DNA of 64,000 bases from NCBI GenBank assembly GCA_029938605.1, contig JAOZUO010000013.1, positions 6,462-70,461 on the forward strand. Direction: 5' to 3'. Numbering within the stretch: position 1 is the stretch's first letter; each line of letters begins with the position of its first letter. Positions 21,601 through 30,336 of the stretch are shown in pieces. This DNA comes from Deltaproteobacteria bacterium (lineage in GTDB: Bacteria > Myxococcota_A > Polyangia > HGW-17 > JAJRWW01). The position numbers and the translations under genes are program-made. The notes under the pieces were generated by a model. It saw only the letters and a program-made list of their open reading frames with translations. It was not told the DNA's origin and searched no databases.

Positions 21601-22945
21601 CCAGCAGCAAGATCAGCACCAGGATCAGCACCAGCGCCCGCCCGGACGCGCTCGACGGCCCAGACGTGCCACATGCGCAGCCCCGTGGATCGGCGCCGTT
21701 CTCCGGACCCCCATCCGGGCCCAGACCCCCGTCCTCATCTACGCCCGCATCACTCGAGACGCCGGTAACCACCACGGTCCAAGAGCGCTCCGAGGCGAGA
21801 GCGTGGTCGGGATCGTTGCGCACCCAGGTCCCGTCGTCGGTGACCTCACAGCGCAGGTCGTGGGTCCCGTTTTCCGGGCCGACCATGGCCAAATCCAGCG
21901 TCAGCGCCGTTCCGGAGCCCACCTCCTGGTCCCCCAGCCACCAGGTCACCGTCTGGCCCGCGTCGCCCCCAAGCGCCACCGTGGCCACTTCGAATGGCAC
22001 CGGATACGTGGCCGGAGCTCCCCGGTCCAGGGTCACCGGAGACTCGGGCGGCGAGACAGTGTCGATGGGATCCACCCGGTCGTACACCGACAGCACCAGC
22101 GCTTCGGCGCACACGGCGCAGTAGTCGTATTCCAAGCTGCCCATCATGCAGTGGGGCGCCGGGCGATAGATTCCGGTCTCCAGGTACCGTGCGCCCTCAT
22201 AAGCCCCTACGGGCAGATAGTCAGTCACCGCGTCCGACAGCAGGGTGGGCAGCGGCGTGGTGGGCTCCACCCAGGCGTTCCACTTGAGCTGGTCGAAGGC
22301 AAAATCGAAGTCCACATTGGGCTCGTTGTCCCCCGGCGTAAATCCCGGCAAGGGGTCGGTGTACTCGTCGGCCAGGCCGGCGAAGCTGTGGCCGAGCTCA
22401 TGGATAAGGATCCCCACCGCCACATCCGTTGCGCTCACCGTGGCCACGGATCCGCCGCTGCCACCGTAGAGCGTGTCATTGACAAGGACCACCACCAGGT
22501 CCACCTCCGGCAGCAGATCCGCCGCGACGCTGATGGCGAGAGCTTCGTTGACCACCAGCAGCCGCTCCACGCCCAGGTAGTCGTAGGTGGCGTCTAAGTA
22601 GGTGTCCACGTACAGCCCCGCCGAAGGGTGGTCAGCCCCCGACTCCACCGACTCGGTGACGATGCGGTAGAGGTTGAAGGCCCCCCGATAGGAGGCCCAG
22701 GGCTCGGTCGCCAATAGCCCGCCCAGCAGGTTGTCCACGTGGTTCCGAAACGCTTCCCCTTCCGCGGCCCGGTACCCCTCACCGATGACGACCAGATCGA
22801 TACGATTGTCCGCCGGGCCGGTGTTCTCCACCGTCTCAAGGGTGTTGACGGCCCGGGCGGAGGCGGGGTCCACCCACTCCCACACCCCGAACACGCCCAG
22901 AACGACGACCACACCGACGACCAACACAGTGCCCAGCCGGGTCAC
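21536..22945 (-). CDS. Peptidase M64 (IgA peptidase-like) zinc metalloprotease with MYXO-CTERM-like tail
   Basis: RIDLVVIGEGY, YGGSGG, HELGHSFAGLADEY, GAYEGA, IYRP..CMM; tail GCACG..ALVLILVLILLLANRRRR. GTG start at 22945 overlaps the upstream TGA. Confidence 0.88.
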   Translation of the reverse strand: MTRLGTVLVVGVVVVLGVFGVWEWVDPASARAVNTLETVENTGPADNRIDLVVIGEGYRAAEGEAFRNHVDNLLGGLLATEPWASYRGAFNLYRIVTESVESGADHPSAGLYVDTYLDATYDYLGVERLLVVNEALAISVAADLLPEVDLVVVLVNDTLYGGSGGSVATVSATDVAVGILIHELGHSFAGLADEYTDPLPGFTPGDNEPNVDFDFAFDQLKWNAWVEPTTPLPTLLSDAVTDYLPVGAYEGARYLETGIYRPAPHCMMGSLEYDYCAVCAEALVLSVYDRVDPIDTVSPPESPVTLDRGAPATYPVPFEVATVALGGDAGQTVTWWLGDQEVGSGTALTLDLAMVGPENGTHDLRCEVTDDGTWVRNDPDHALASERSWTVVVTGVSSDAGVDEDGGLGPDGGPENGADPRGCACGTSGPSSASGRALVLILVLILLLANRRRRCRTRRTAWRTPRGPW

Positions 22946-23463
22946 AGCGCCACCTCCCCCAACACCACCTCCCCCAGTCGGCGACGCCCGAAATCGTCGT
23001 ACAGGACCACGGTCCGCGCCCCCGGGGCCACAGCGATGCGCAGCCACACCACCGGTCGCTCCAGCTCCACGTCCACCGCCCGGGCCGGACCGCCCACTTC
23101 AGCGAACAGCGCGTGACGGCGCCTGGGAATTCGAAAACGCCCCTCGCCCAGCACCCAGCCATCGGGGCTTCGCACCTGCCAGCGCCCCCTCCAATGCCGA
23201 GGGGCGCGACGCAGCTCGCGGACCGCGCGGGGCGAGCGAGGCAACGCACGACTGAGTAAGACCTCAACGCCGTCTCCCAGACGAACCACGAGCAACCGCC
23301 CGGCCACCCGCTCCGGAGCCGTCGCCCGAGCGCGCACCTCCCGAATCGGGTCGTCAGACGGATCATCGCAGCCAGTACAGGCAGCGACCAGCACCAGCAC
23401 CAGCACCAGCACCAGCACCAGAAAAGTGGAGCCAACAAGACCCCACGGCAAATCGCGTCTCAT
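22942..23463 (-). CDS. Hypothetical lipoprotein translationally coupled to the M64 peptidase
   Basis: MRRDLPWGLVGSTF(LV)nAACTGC signal peptide; GTGA overlap with the M64 start. Confidence 0.6.
   Translation of the reverse strand: MRRDLPWGLVGSTFLVLVLVLVLVLVAACTGCDDPSDDPIREVRARATAPERVAGRLLVVRLGDGVEVLLSRALPRSPRAVRELRRAPRHWRGRWQVRSPDGWVLGEGRFRIPRRRHALFAEVGGPARAVDVELERPVVWLRIAVAPGARTVVLYDDFGRRRLGEVVLGEVAL
23387..23421. repeat. (ACCAGC)n hexamer repeat encoding a Leu-Val run in a signal peptide
   Basis: About 6 in-frame units. Confidence 0.8.
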
Positions 23464-23470
23464 GAAGACA

Positions 23471-23752
23471 CTACGGTTTGCAGACCTTACAGGGCACATA
23501 GCCGGCCTTGATCGCATCAGCCCTCGTTCTGAAAATGGCTGTGCACTTCTTGCAGTTGTAGTACCGGCACGACGGCTCGTGGAACTTCTTGGATTTGACG
23601 TTGCCGCGGTAGATCGTGCTGCTGGCTGTCGTACCGATTCCCATCCACAGGATGACCGCAAGGGCCATGATCGCGGTTACCAGGAGAGGCCGTTTGGGTC
23701 TGTCCAAAATGATGAAATTCTCCGTCTCAGTTGTGTCCGTAGGAAACACCAT
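23471..23752 (-). CDS. Small protein with TM/signal helix and Ada-type Zn-binding domain
   Basis: YRGNVKSKKFHEPSC..C..C..F.T.ADAIKAGYVPCKVCKP. Confidence 0.8.
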   Translation of the reverse strand: MVFPTDTTETENFIILDRPKRPLLVTAIMALAVILWMGIGTTASSTIYRGNVKSKKFHEPSCRYYNCKKCTAIFRTRADAIKAGYVPCKVCKP

Positions 23753-23775
23753 GCTGAATTTCGGACATTTGGCTA

Positions 23776-23804
23776 ATTATGGTGGAGGGCGATTAGGGGG
23801 TCAA
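23776..23804 (-). promoter_or_regulatory. Sigma70-type promoter for the Ada-Zn gene
   Basis: Minus strand TTGACC-17 nt-CATAAT. Confidence 0.65.
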
Positions 23805-23882
23805 GCGTGGACGCAGAAGTGCCGTCGTCGGAGTCGCGACGGGAGTCGTTTAGGATGCGCGCTAGGGGGTTGGTCGCCGAGG

Positions 23883-25664
23883 CTACTGGCAGGTGAAGCG
23901 GAGGGTCCAGTAGGTGAACGTTCCCACGTCATAGGCGGCGTGGTCCGAGACGTTTATGGACCAGGTGCCGTTGGGGCCGTCGGCGAGCAGGGCGGCGTCC
24001 ACGGGGACGTTCAGCAGGTCGAGGTTGTCAGCGCTGGCCCCCTCGCGGTCGTGCAGGGTCTGGGTGTCGCCGCTGGGGCTGGTGAGGATCACCACCAGGT
24101 CACCGCGGTAGGTGTGATCCACGTGCAGGTCCACGGTCACCGCCAGGGTACAGGAGGGGATGGAAGAGGCGGTGATATCGCTCTGGATGCCCGTGAGGTC
24201 GTCGTCGGGGATGTCGTACTTCTGGAGGTTGGTGAGCTCGGTGGGGAACTGCGTCGTCTGCCAGGCACACATGTTGCTGTCGCAGGCCCACTGGCCGGGC
24301 ACGGCGATGTGGATCAAGTCGGCGCAGTCCGCCGCCACCGTGGCGGGCGAGCACCAGAACTCGTCCTGACAGGTGCCCTCTCCAATGGGGGAGAGCTCCT
24401 TACAAAAGAGGCCCGCGTCGCAAAGTCGGGAGGCGCCATCACAGACATCGCCCACGTCTCCGCCGTCGCCGACGTCGGTGGCCTCGCAGTGGCCGTAGCA
24501 CGACGCAAAGGGGCTGAAGCAGCGGTGCGGGAGACAGTACTGCTCGGCCCCACAGTCCGCGTCTGTATTACAGGCGCCCACGGGGAGCTGCTCGTAGAAG
24601 CTCACCTTGGCGACCTGCCAGCCCCAATCCGTGATGGAGTAGTCGCTGCGGAAGTTGATGTGGATGGTGTTACCCTCAAAGATCGGGCTCCATTCGTTGA
24701 CGTGGTGGCCGTCGAGCATCACCGCGTTCTCCTGGACGTCTCCTGAGAGCACCAGTGGGTCGTAGCCGGCCTCGGTGTCGATGCGGCTGAACAGCACCTT
24801 GATCTGCGTGGCGCCGGCGCCGCCCACCACGTCCACGGTCTCATCGGTGTTGTTCAGGTAGGGGTGCACGCTGCCGACATCAAGAACCAGGAGTGTGGTC
24901 CAGGACCAGACCCCCTGGCCCTGGGGCTCGGTCACACAGGTGCCCGGCGTGGTGGAGGTCGGACCCTGACAGATCAACCCGTCGTAGCAAATCAACGCGG
25001 TACCGCCATCGCAGGGCTCCCCGTACAGGGCGATGCCTTCGAGCAAGTGGCAGGCGCTGTCCCAGGTAATGAGCGGATCGGGGGCACTGGTGTACCAGCC
25101 CTCGCTGCGAGAGCTGATGGCGCCACAGACGGGCGTGTCTTTTGAGTCGCAGCGCTCGAGCTTGATGAGCTGCTCTGTGTCGCCCCAGTACCAGCCCTCC
25201 TGGGGCGTACCAACGAAGCCGCAGTAGGGGCGATGGTCCATGGGGTGCCCGGGGTCGGTGGTCTCGATGCGGTACTCCGAGATCCGGAAGCCCCAGTCCC
25301 GGATGGAGTAGTCGGACACGAACTCGATGCGCATGTACCTGCCGTGTACCTCGAAGAGCTCGCCCGTGTGGTTGCCCGATAGGTGGTGAACCAGGGTGCC
25401 GTCGATGTCGTAGATGTTCACGAAGTCGAAGTCCTCTTCGGTCTCGAACCGATCAAAGACCACGCCTATGCTCAGCGCCCGCACGGGCGAATCGATCTCC
25501 CACTGCTGATTGGTGTGGTTCGCATAGGGATGCGCCGTCTGGATGTCCACCGCCGTGGTCACCACCACTTCCTTCATGATAGGTTTGGTCTCCGAGCCGA
25601 TCGCACACCCAGCCCCGATCCCGATCAACACCGTAAAAAACGCCATCGTCGTACGCATGCTCAT
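23883..25664 (-). CDS. Lipoprotein with two CUB-like domains, Cys-rich linkers and C-terminal proprotein-convertase P domain
   Basis: Lipobox GAGC; HPYANHT..FDRFETE..FDFV..FVSDYSI and a second similar unit; HTYRGDLVVILTSPSG..NGTWSINVSD..YDVGTFTYWTLRF. Confidence 0.8.
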   Translation of the reverse strand: MSMRTTMAFFTVLIGIGAGCAIGSETKPIMKEVVVTTAVDIQTAHPYANHTNQQWEIDSPVRALSIGVVFDRFETEEDFDFVNIYDIDGTLVHHLSGNHTGELFEVHGRYMRIEFVSDYSIRDWGFRISEYRIETTDPGHPMDHRPYCGFVGTPQEGWYWGDTEQLIKLERCDSKDTPVCGAISSRSEGWYTSAPDPLITWDSACHLLEGIALYGEPCDGGTALICYDGLICQGPTSTTPGTCVTEPQGQGVWSWTTLLVLDVGSVHPYLNNTDETVDVVGGAGATQIKVLFSRIDTEAGYDPLVLSGDVQENAVMLDGHHVNEWSPIFEGNTIHINFRSDYSITDWGWQVAKVSFYEQLPVGACNTDADCGAEQYCLPHRCFSPFASCYGHCEATDVGDGGDVGDVCDGASRLCDAGLFCKELSPIGEGTCQDEFWCSPATVAADCADLIHIAVPGQWACDSNMCAWQTTQFPTELTNLQKYDIPDDDLTGIQSDITASSIPSCTLAVTVDLHVDHTYRGDLVVILTSPSGDTQTLHDREGASADNLDLLNVPVDAALLADGPNGTWSINVSDHAAYDVGTFTYWTLRFTCQ

Positions 25665-25877
25665 CTCCCATTTCTCCTAACCATCTGGCACATCTGAAAC
25701 AGTGGACCTTCAAGGTCGTCAATTGTGGTTGCGTGTCTTACCTTGTGCGCCATGTAGGTTTTCTGGTTATGGACCGCGTAGATCCGAAAGTCAACAGGTA
25801 AGCGCACCGGTGCATCTTTTCCGAGCAGACGCGCGAATTGACCATTTATTTTAGGATGTTAACCGAGAGATGCAGCG

Positions 25878-27089
25878 CTACAGCGCCGCGCGATAATCGC
25901 GGATGGCGGCGGCGAACCGCTTGATGCCCTCTTCGATCTGCTCCACGGTGGGGAAGCTAAATGTAAGACGCAGGGTGTTGGTGCCACTGCCGTCGAAGTG
26001 GAAGGCCTGGCCGATGACGTAGGCGACCTCACGGGGAATTGCATACTTCTCCAGCATCACCATGGAATCCATACCCTCGGGGAGGATGACCCAGAGGAAG
26101 AGGCCCCCCTCGGGCTTGGTCCACTCCACGTCCTTGGGCATGTGCTCGTCCATCATGCGCAACATCACCTCACATTTTCTGCGGTAGAGCTGCTTGATGG
26201 AGCTGACCTGGGGCGCCAAACGTTCCTGGATCATGTACTCCGCCATGACGGCCTGATTGAAGGCCGCCGAGCACAGGTCGGTGGACTGCTTGGCCATGAC
26301 CATCTTATCGAAAATGGCGGGCGGTGCGATGGCCCAGGCCAGGCGGAACCCTGGACAAAAGAGCTTGGAGAAAGTGGAGAGGTTCACCACCCGGCCTTCT
26401 TTGTCGAGGGAGAAGAGCGTGGGCTGGTCCTCGCCGGAGAAGCGGAGCTGGCGGTAGGGAGTGTCCTCCACGATGAGCGTATCGTATTCAGCCGCGAGCT
26501 CCAGCAACCGCAATCGACGCCCCAAATCCATGGTGGTGCCCGAAGGGTTCTGGAAATCGGGCACTACGTAGATGAACTTGGGCTTGATGGACTTTTGCCG
26601 AAGGGCCTGAAGCTGCTCGGCGAGGCGGTCCATCTTCATGCCCTCGTGGTCCTGCTCCACACCCACCATCTTCGCCTGGTAGGATCGGAAGGCCTGGAGC
26701 CCCCCCAGATAGGAGGGCAGCTCCACCACCACCGTGTCGCCGGGATCCAGCAGCACGCGACTCACCAGGTCCAATCCCTGCTGGCTTCCGTTGGTCACCA
26801 GGATCTGGTCCGCGCTTACATCAATGCCGTCGGTGGCCACCCACTGCTTGATCTGCGAACGCAAACGCACGTCGCCTTCGGTGGTGCCATACTGCAAGGC
26901 GGTGCGCCCGCGATCCTTGAGCACCTTGCTCATGATGTCGTCGAGCAGCTCCACCGGGAAGGTGTCGGGCGCGGGGAGCCCACCGGCGAAGGAGATCACC
27001 TCCGGGCGCTGGGTCAGCTTGAGGATTTCCCGGATCACCGACCGGGAAGAGCCTTGGGCTGAAATCGAAAAAAACGACGCGTAGTCCAT
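25878..27089 (-). CDS. PLP-dependent class I/II aminotransferase (LysN/2-aminoadipate transaminase-like)
   Basis: ISFAGGLPAP, LQYGTTEG, GSQQGLDL, PDFQNPSG, EDTPY, STFSKLFCPGFRLAW, KPEGGLFLW. Confidence 0.92.
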   Translation of the reverse strand: MDYASFFSISAQGSSRSVIREILKLTQRPEVISFAGGLPAPDTFPVELLDDIMSKVLKDRGRTALQYGTTEGDVRLRSQIKQWVATDGIDVSADQILVTNGSQQGLDLVSRVLLDPGDTVVVELPSYLGGLQAFRSYQAKMVGVEQDHEGMKMDRLAEQLQALRQKSIKPKFIYVVPDFQNPSGTTMDLGRRLRLLELAAEYDTLIVEDTPYRQLRFSGEDQPTLFSLDKEGRVVNLSTFSKLFCPGFRLAWAIAPPAIFDKMVMAKQSTDLCSAAFNQAVMAEYMIQERLAPQVSSIKQLYRRKCEVMLRMMDEHMPKDVEWTKPEGGLFLWVILPEGMDSMVMLEKYAIPREVAYVIGQAFHFDGSGTNTLRLTFSFPTVEQIEEGIKRFAAAIRDYRAAL

Positions 27090-27295
27090 ACTCCACCTTC
27101 GAAGGGTTCGTCAGCAGTTGCGGTTTCAATTTCCGCCACCGTAAGCCGTAGGCAAGCCCCTGTAAAGCCACATCGTCGCACTGAACCCCATGGCCCACCG
27201 AGACCGTCCACGTCCGACTACGGCGGGTCTGATTCGAGAACGCGATTCGGGCGGCCGCGACGGTTCCGAGGGAACGTTGCACAGTCCGCCACACG

Positions 27296-27321
27296 TGTTG
27301 CAATACCAGACAAATGCAACA
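27296..27321. promoter_or_regulatory. Inverted repeat TGTTGCA-N12-TGCAACA, candidate activator site
   Basis: Perfect 7-bp arms in an AT-rich divergent intergenic region. Confidence 0.45.
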
Positions 27322-27373
27322 GCGACAATGAAAGCACCTCATACAACCGAGTGAAAACATTGAAAATCACACC

Positions 27374-27389
27374 TGGCATTGATCTTGAA
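27374..27389 (+). promoter_or_regulatory. Near-consensus sigma54 promoter upstream of rhodanese
   Basis: TGGCAT-TGATC-TTGAA; the -12 element reads GA instead of GC. Confidence 0.4.
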
Positions 27390-27422
27390 TCACCAGTGCG
27401 TTAATAGCCTATCCACGGAGAG

Positions 27423-27851
27423 ATGCACATGAAGCCACAGGCCCAACAGAGCAAGCGCAGGTTCATCGCCATAGCCGGGGTCATCCTGGCCGTGGGGGCG
27501 GGGCTGTGGCTCTTTGACACCCAGTTCGCCCAGGGAAAAGAGGTGCCGGCTCACGCCCTGGTGGTGGACGTGAGGACCCCCGGTGAGTACGCCGGTGGCC
27601 ACTACGACGGGGCCATCAACATCCCGGTGTCTCGGATCGGCGCCGAGCAGGCGAAGCTCGGGGCCAAGGATTGTAAGATCATCGTATATTGCCACAGCGG
27701 CAGCCGCAGCCACGTGGCAAAGAGAGTCCTGGAGCGGGCGGGCTTCACAAATGTGGAGGACGGGGGCAGCTTCAGCTCCATGCGCCGCCGCAAGCGGGCC
27801 AAGAACACCACACCGCCCCAGCCCCAGCCCCAGCCCCAGCCTCAGCCCTGA
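27423..27851 (+). CDS. Single-domain rhodanese (PspE-like) with N-terminal anchor and PQ tail
   Basis: VVDVRTPGEYAGGH..GAINIP, active loop YCHSGSRS. Confidence 0.9.
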   Translation: MHMKPQAQQSKRRFIAIAGVILAVGAGLWLFDTQFAQGKEVPAHALVVDVRTPGEYAGGHYDGAINIPVSRIGAEQAKLGAKDCKIIVYCHSGSRSHVAKRVLERAGFTNVEDGGSFSSMRRRKRAKNTTPPQPQPQPQPQP

Positions 27852-27890
27852 GCTCAGCCCCAGCCTTGAGCTCAGCCCCAGCCCTGAGCT
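27815..27890. repeat. (CAGCCC/CTCAGCCC)-type tandem repeat spanning the rhodanese stop codon
   Basis: Encodes PQPQPQPQP and continues past the TGA as gagctcagccccagcc units. Confidence 0.8.
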
Positions 27891-27955
27891 TGGCCCGACC
27901 CGATATTGATCTGGACTAACAAACCTGGTTATATGGGCCACCAAGGAGACACACC

Positions 27956-30289
27956 ATGAATAGGACCAGGACCTGGCTCGCAGGCGCGATCTGCTTGAGC
28001 TTCGCGCTCGGGCTCACCGCATGCCCTTCGACGCAGCCGCCCCGAAAGACGGCCACACCCGAACGGACCAAACCCCAACCAGACGCACCGGAAAATACAG
28101 TCTGGGACGACGTCAAAAACAGTGACGCCAAGATCCGCCGGCAGGCAGTGACCGAGCTGACGAACCTCGGCTCCGAGCGCGCCCTCAAGATTCTGGTATC
28201 GCTGGTGTCCGACCCCGACGCCACCGTGCGCAAGGCGGCGGAGGCGGGGTTGGTGCGCCGGGGCGCCTCGGCGGCGGAGGTGCTGGTGGAGGCCCTCACG
28301 GCCGCTCCAGCGAACAAGGTTGCAATCGCTCAGGCGCTGCTCATTCGTATCGGCAAGCCCGCCGTGGGGCCGCTGATGCACGCCCTGGGGGGAGCAACCC
28401 AGGGCGCCAAACGCGCCGCGATAGTCATCGGCAAGATGAAGGAGGGGCGCGTGCCCATCTTCGCCAGGGTGCTGCGACGGGGTGGCAAGACCGCCCGACT
28501 TGTCGCGGCCCGGCAGCTCGCCGCCATCCCCACCGACGCCGCCCGCCTCGCTCTGGTACCCGGCCTGGCCAACTGGAACCAGAAGGTCCGCATCATCGCC
28601 CGTACGGCGCTCAAGCCGCAGTTCGGAAACAAGGGGATCACCGCCGCCATTCTGCAGATCTTCAAGACGGCCGATTTCTGGCAGGCCTATGCCCTGTCAC
28701 TCAGTGTGTACGACCACCCGGACGCCCGGGTACACAAGGAGATCGTCTACGGCTTCCACACGGCGCGTACGACCTTTGACCGGCACGCCCTGTTCTCGTC
28801 GCTGGTAGTGCGCGGCGACATCTGGTACGGACGCATCGTGGGCGGCATCACCCATCCCAAGCCCCGGGTCCGGGACCACATCCTCAAAGCCCTGTGGTTC
28901 GAAGTGACCTCCCTACGACGGATCCAGACGGCGGCCAAAGCCCACCGGGACACAGCCCAGCTCAAGTGGTCCACCGGCGAGCTGAAGCAGCTCAAAAAGG
29001 CCCTCCGGAACAAGGCCATCCGCAAGGTGCTCAAGAATCTCACCGGAAAGCTCGATCCCTACCCGGCCTGGCGGTCTGCCTACCTGCTCAAGTTTGCGGG
29101 CGGACGGGTCAACCTGAAAAAGCTGCGCAAAAAATACATCGCCGGGCTGAACAAGATCCTGGAGCAGTCCCCCGAGAAGGTCGGCGTGGATTCCATCCTG
29201 GCGGCCTACGTGCGGCTGGGTGATGACGCCTGGAAGCGCTCGTGCCCGGTGGACGAGGTCAACGGGATCTGCGTGAAGATCAAGAACAAGAAGACCCGGG
29301 CGGGCTGGCGACACACCGTACGCTACCGCAAACGCAACACCAAGCTGGTCAAACAGGCCCAGGCTCACCTGGCCAAGGCCTGGAGCTTCTGGGCAGACGG
29401 AGCCATGCTCGACCGGATCCCGAAAAAGGACCCACGCCACAAGGCCCGCCGCATGCGCGCACGCCACTACGCCGCCTGGGCCAAGTTCATGAAAGCGGAG
29501 CTCGGGCTCGAACGATTCCTCCAGGCCCGGCCCCCGGCCAAGCTCAACTTCGATCCGAAGAAACCAGCCGTCGCGACGGCGTCTACCAAACGCCTCAACG
29601 ACTGGGTCCGACAGAGGATGAAGAATGGCGCCGCCCTCGTGAAAAGCTATCTCTCGGTGATCACCAAGGTGAAGGCAGCAAAGACCCGGCGGTCCTACTC
29701 TCGCGCCTCCACCTATTGGGCCCTGGGTGCGGTGTCCCGAGCGGGCACAGTCATGGAGAACCTGGGTAAATCCCTGCAAACCATCCCCATGCCCAAACGC
29801 CTGAAGACCGCTGCTGCCAGAGACGCCTTCCGAGCGCGCATGAACAAACCCGCCGCCCCGATGCTACGCAGCGCCGCCAACATCTACGGAACCTGCCTGC
29901 GCATGGCCCGCAAGGCCAGGTTGCACTGGGAGTGGGCCCAGATCTGTGAGAGCGGCCTGTCGAGGACCGACCTCCGCTCCTTCCGAATCCACGCCAAGCG
30001 ACACCGCTACACCCGAGCCCCCATGCCCGGCACGGGGTACCCGCACCTGCAAATGCTCGAGCTCATGGTAAACGGCAAGCTCATCCAGCTCCGCAAGTGC
30101 GGCGCCATCAAAAAAGGCACCAAGTACAAGGTGACACTGACTCCCCAGGGCCGGGTCACCAAGGCCGCGCCGAAGGGGCGCAAAAAGCCCAAGGGCAAGG
30201 TGGACAACTGCATCCGGACCCTGCTCCAATCCCTGGTCGTGCCCCCCTTCCGCGGCAAGGCCGCGCCCCTCACCCTCACCCTTCCCTGA
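27956..30289 (+). CDS. Basic HEAT-repeat lipoprotein with helical C-terminal region and TonB-C/AgmX-like end domain
   Basis: Lipobox LTAC; HEAT repeats (RRQAVTEL, DPDATVRKAA); W..GAVSRAG..L..IPMP..A..YGTCL..A..W..ICESGL; terminal VDNCI..L..PPF.G..TLP. Confidence 0.7.
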   Translation: MNRTRTWLAGAICLSFALGLTACPSTQPPRKTATPERTKPQPDAPENTVWDDVKNSDAKIRRQAVTELTNLGSERALKILVSLVSDPDATVRKAAEAGLVRRGASAAEVLVEALTAAPANKVAIAQALLIRIGKPAVGPLMHALGGATQGAKRAAIVIGKMKEGRVPIFARVLRRGGKTARLVAARQLAAIPTDAARLALVPGLANWNQKVRIIARTALKPQFGNKGITAAILQIFKTADFWQAYALSLSVYDHPDARVHKEIVYGFHTARTTFDRHALFSSLVVRGDIWYGRIVGGITHPKPRVRDHILKALWFEVTSLRRIQTAAKAHRDTAQLKWSTGELKQLKKALRNKAIRKVLKNLTGKLDPYPAWRSAYLLKFAGGRVNLKKLRKKYIAGLNKILEQSPEKVGVDSILAAYVRLGDDAWKRSCPVDEVNGICVKIKNKKTRAGWRHTVRYRKRNTKLVKQAQAHLAKAWSFWADGAMLDRIPKKDPRHKARRMRARHYAAWAKFMKAELGLERFLQARPPAKLNFDPKKPAVATASTKRLNDWVRQRMKNGAALVKSYLSVITKVKAAKTRRSYSRASTYWALGAVSRAGTVMENLGKSLQTIPMPKRLKTAAARDAFRARMNKPAAPMLRSAANIYGTCLRMARKARLHWEWAQICESGLSRTDLRSFRIHAKRHRYTRAPMPGTGYPHLQMLELMVNGKLIQLRKCGAIKKGTKYKVTLTPQGRVTKAAPKGRKKPKGKVDNCIRTLLQSLVVPPFRGKAAPLTLTLP

Positions 30290-30290
30290 C

Positions 30291-30336
30291 AGTTCTTTTG
30301 GGTTCTTTTGGGTTCTTTGGGGTTCTTTGGGGTTCT
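30291..30336. repeat. 10-nt tandem repeat (GGTTCTTTKG, about 5 units) filling a convergent junction
   Basis: agttcttttg ggttcttttg ggttctttgg ggttctttgg ggttct, between the two stop codons. Confidence 0.9.
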
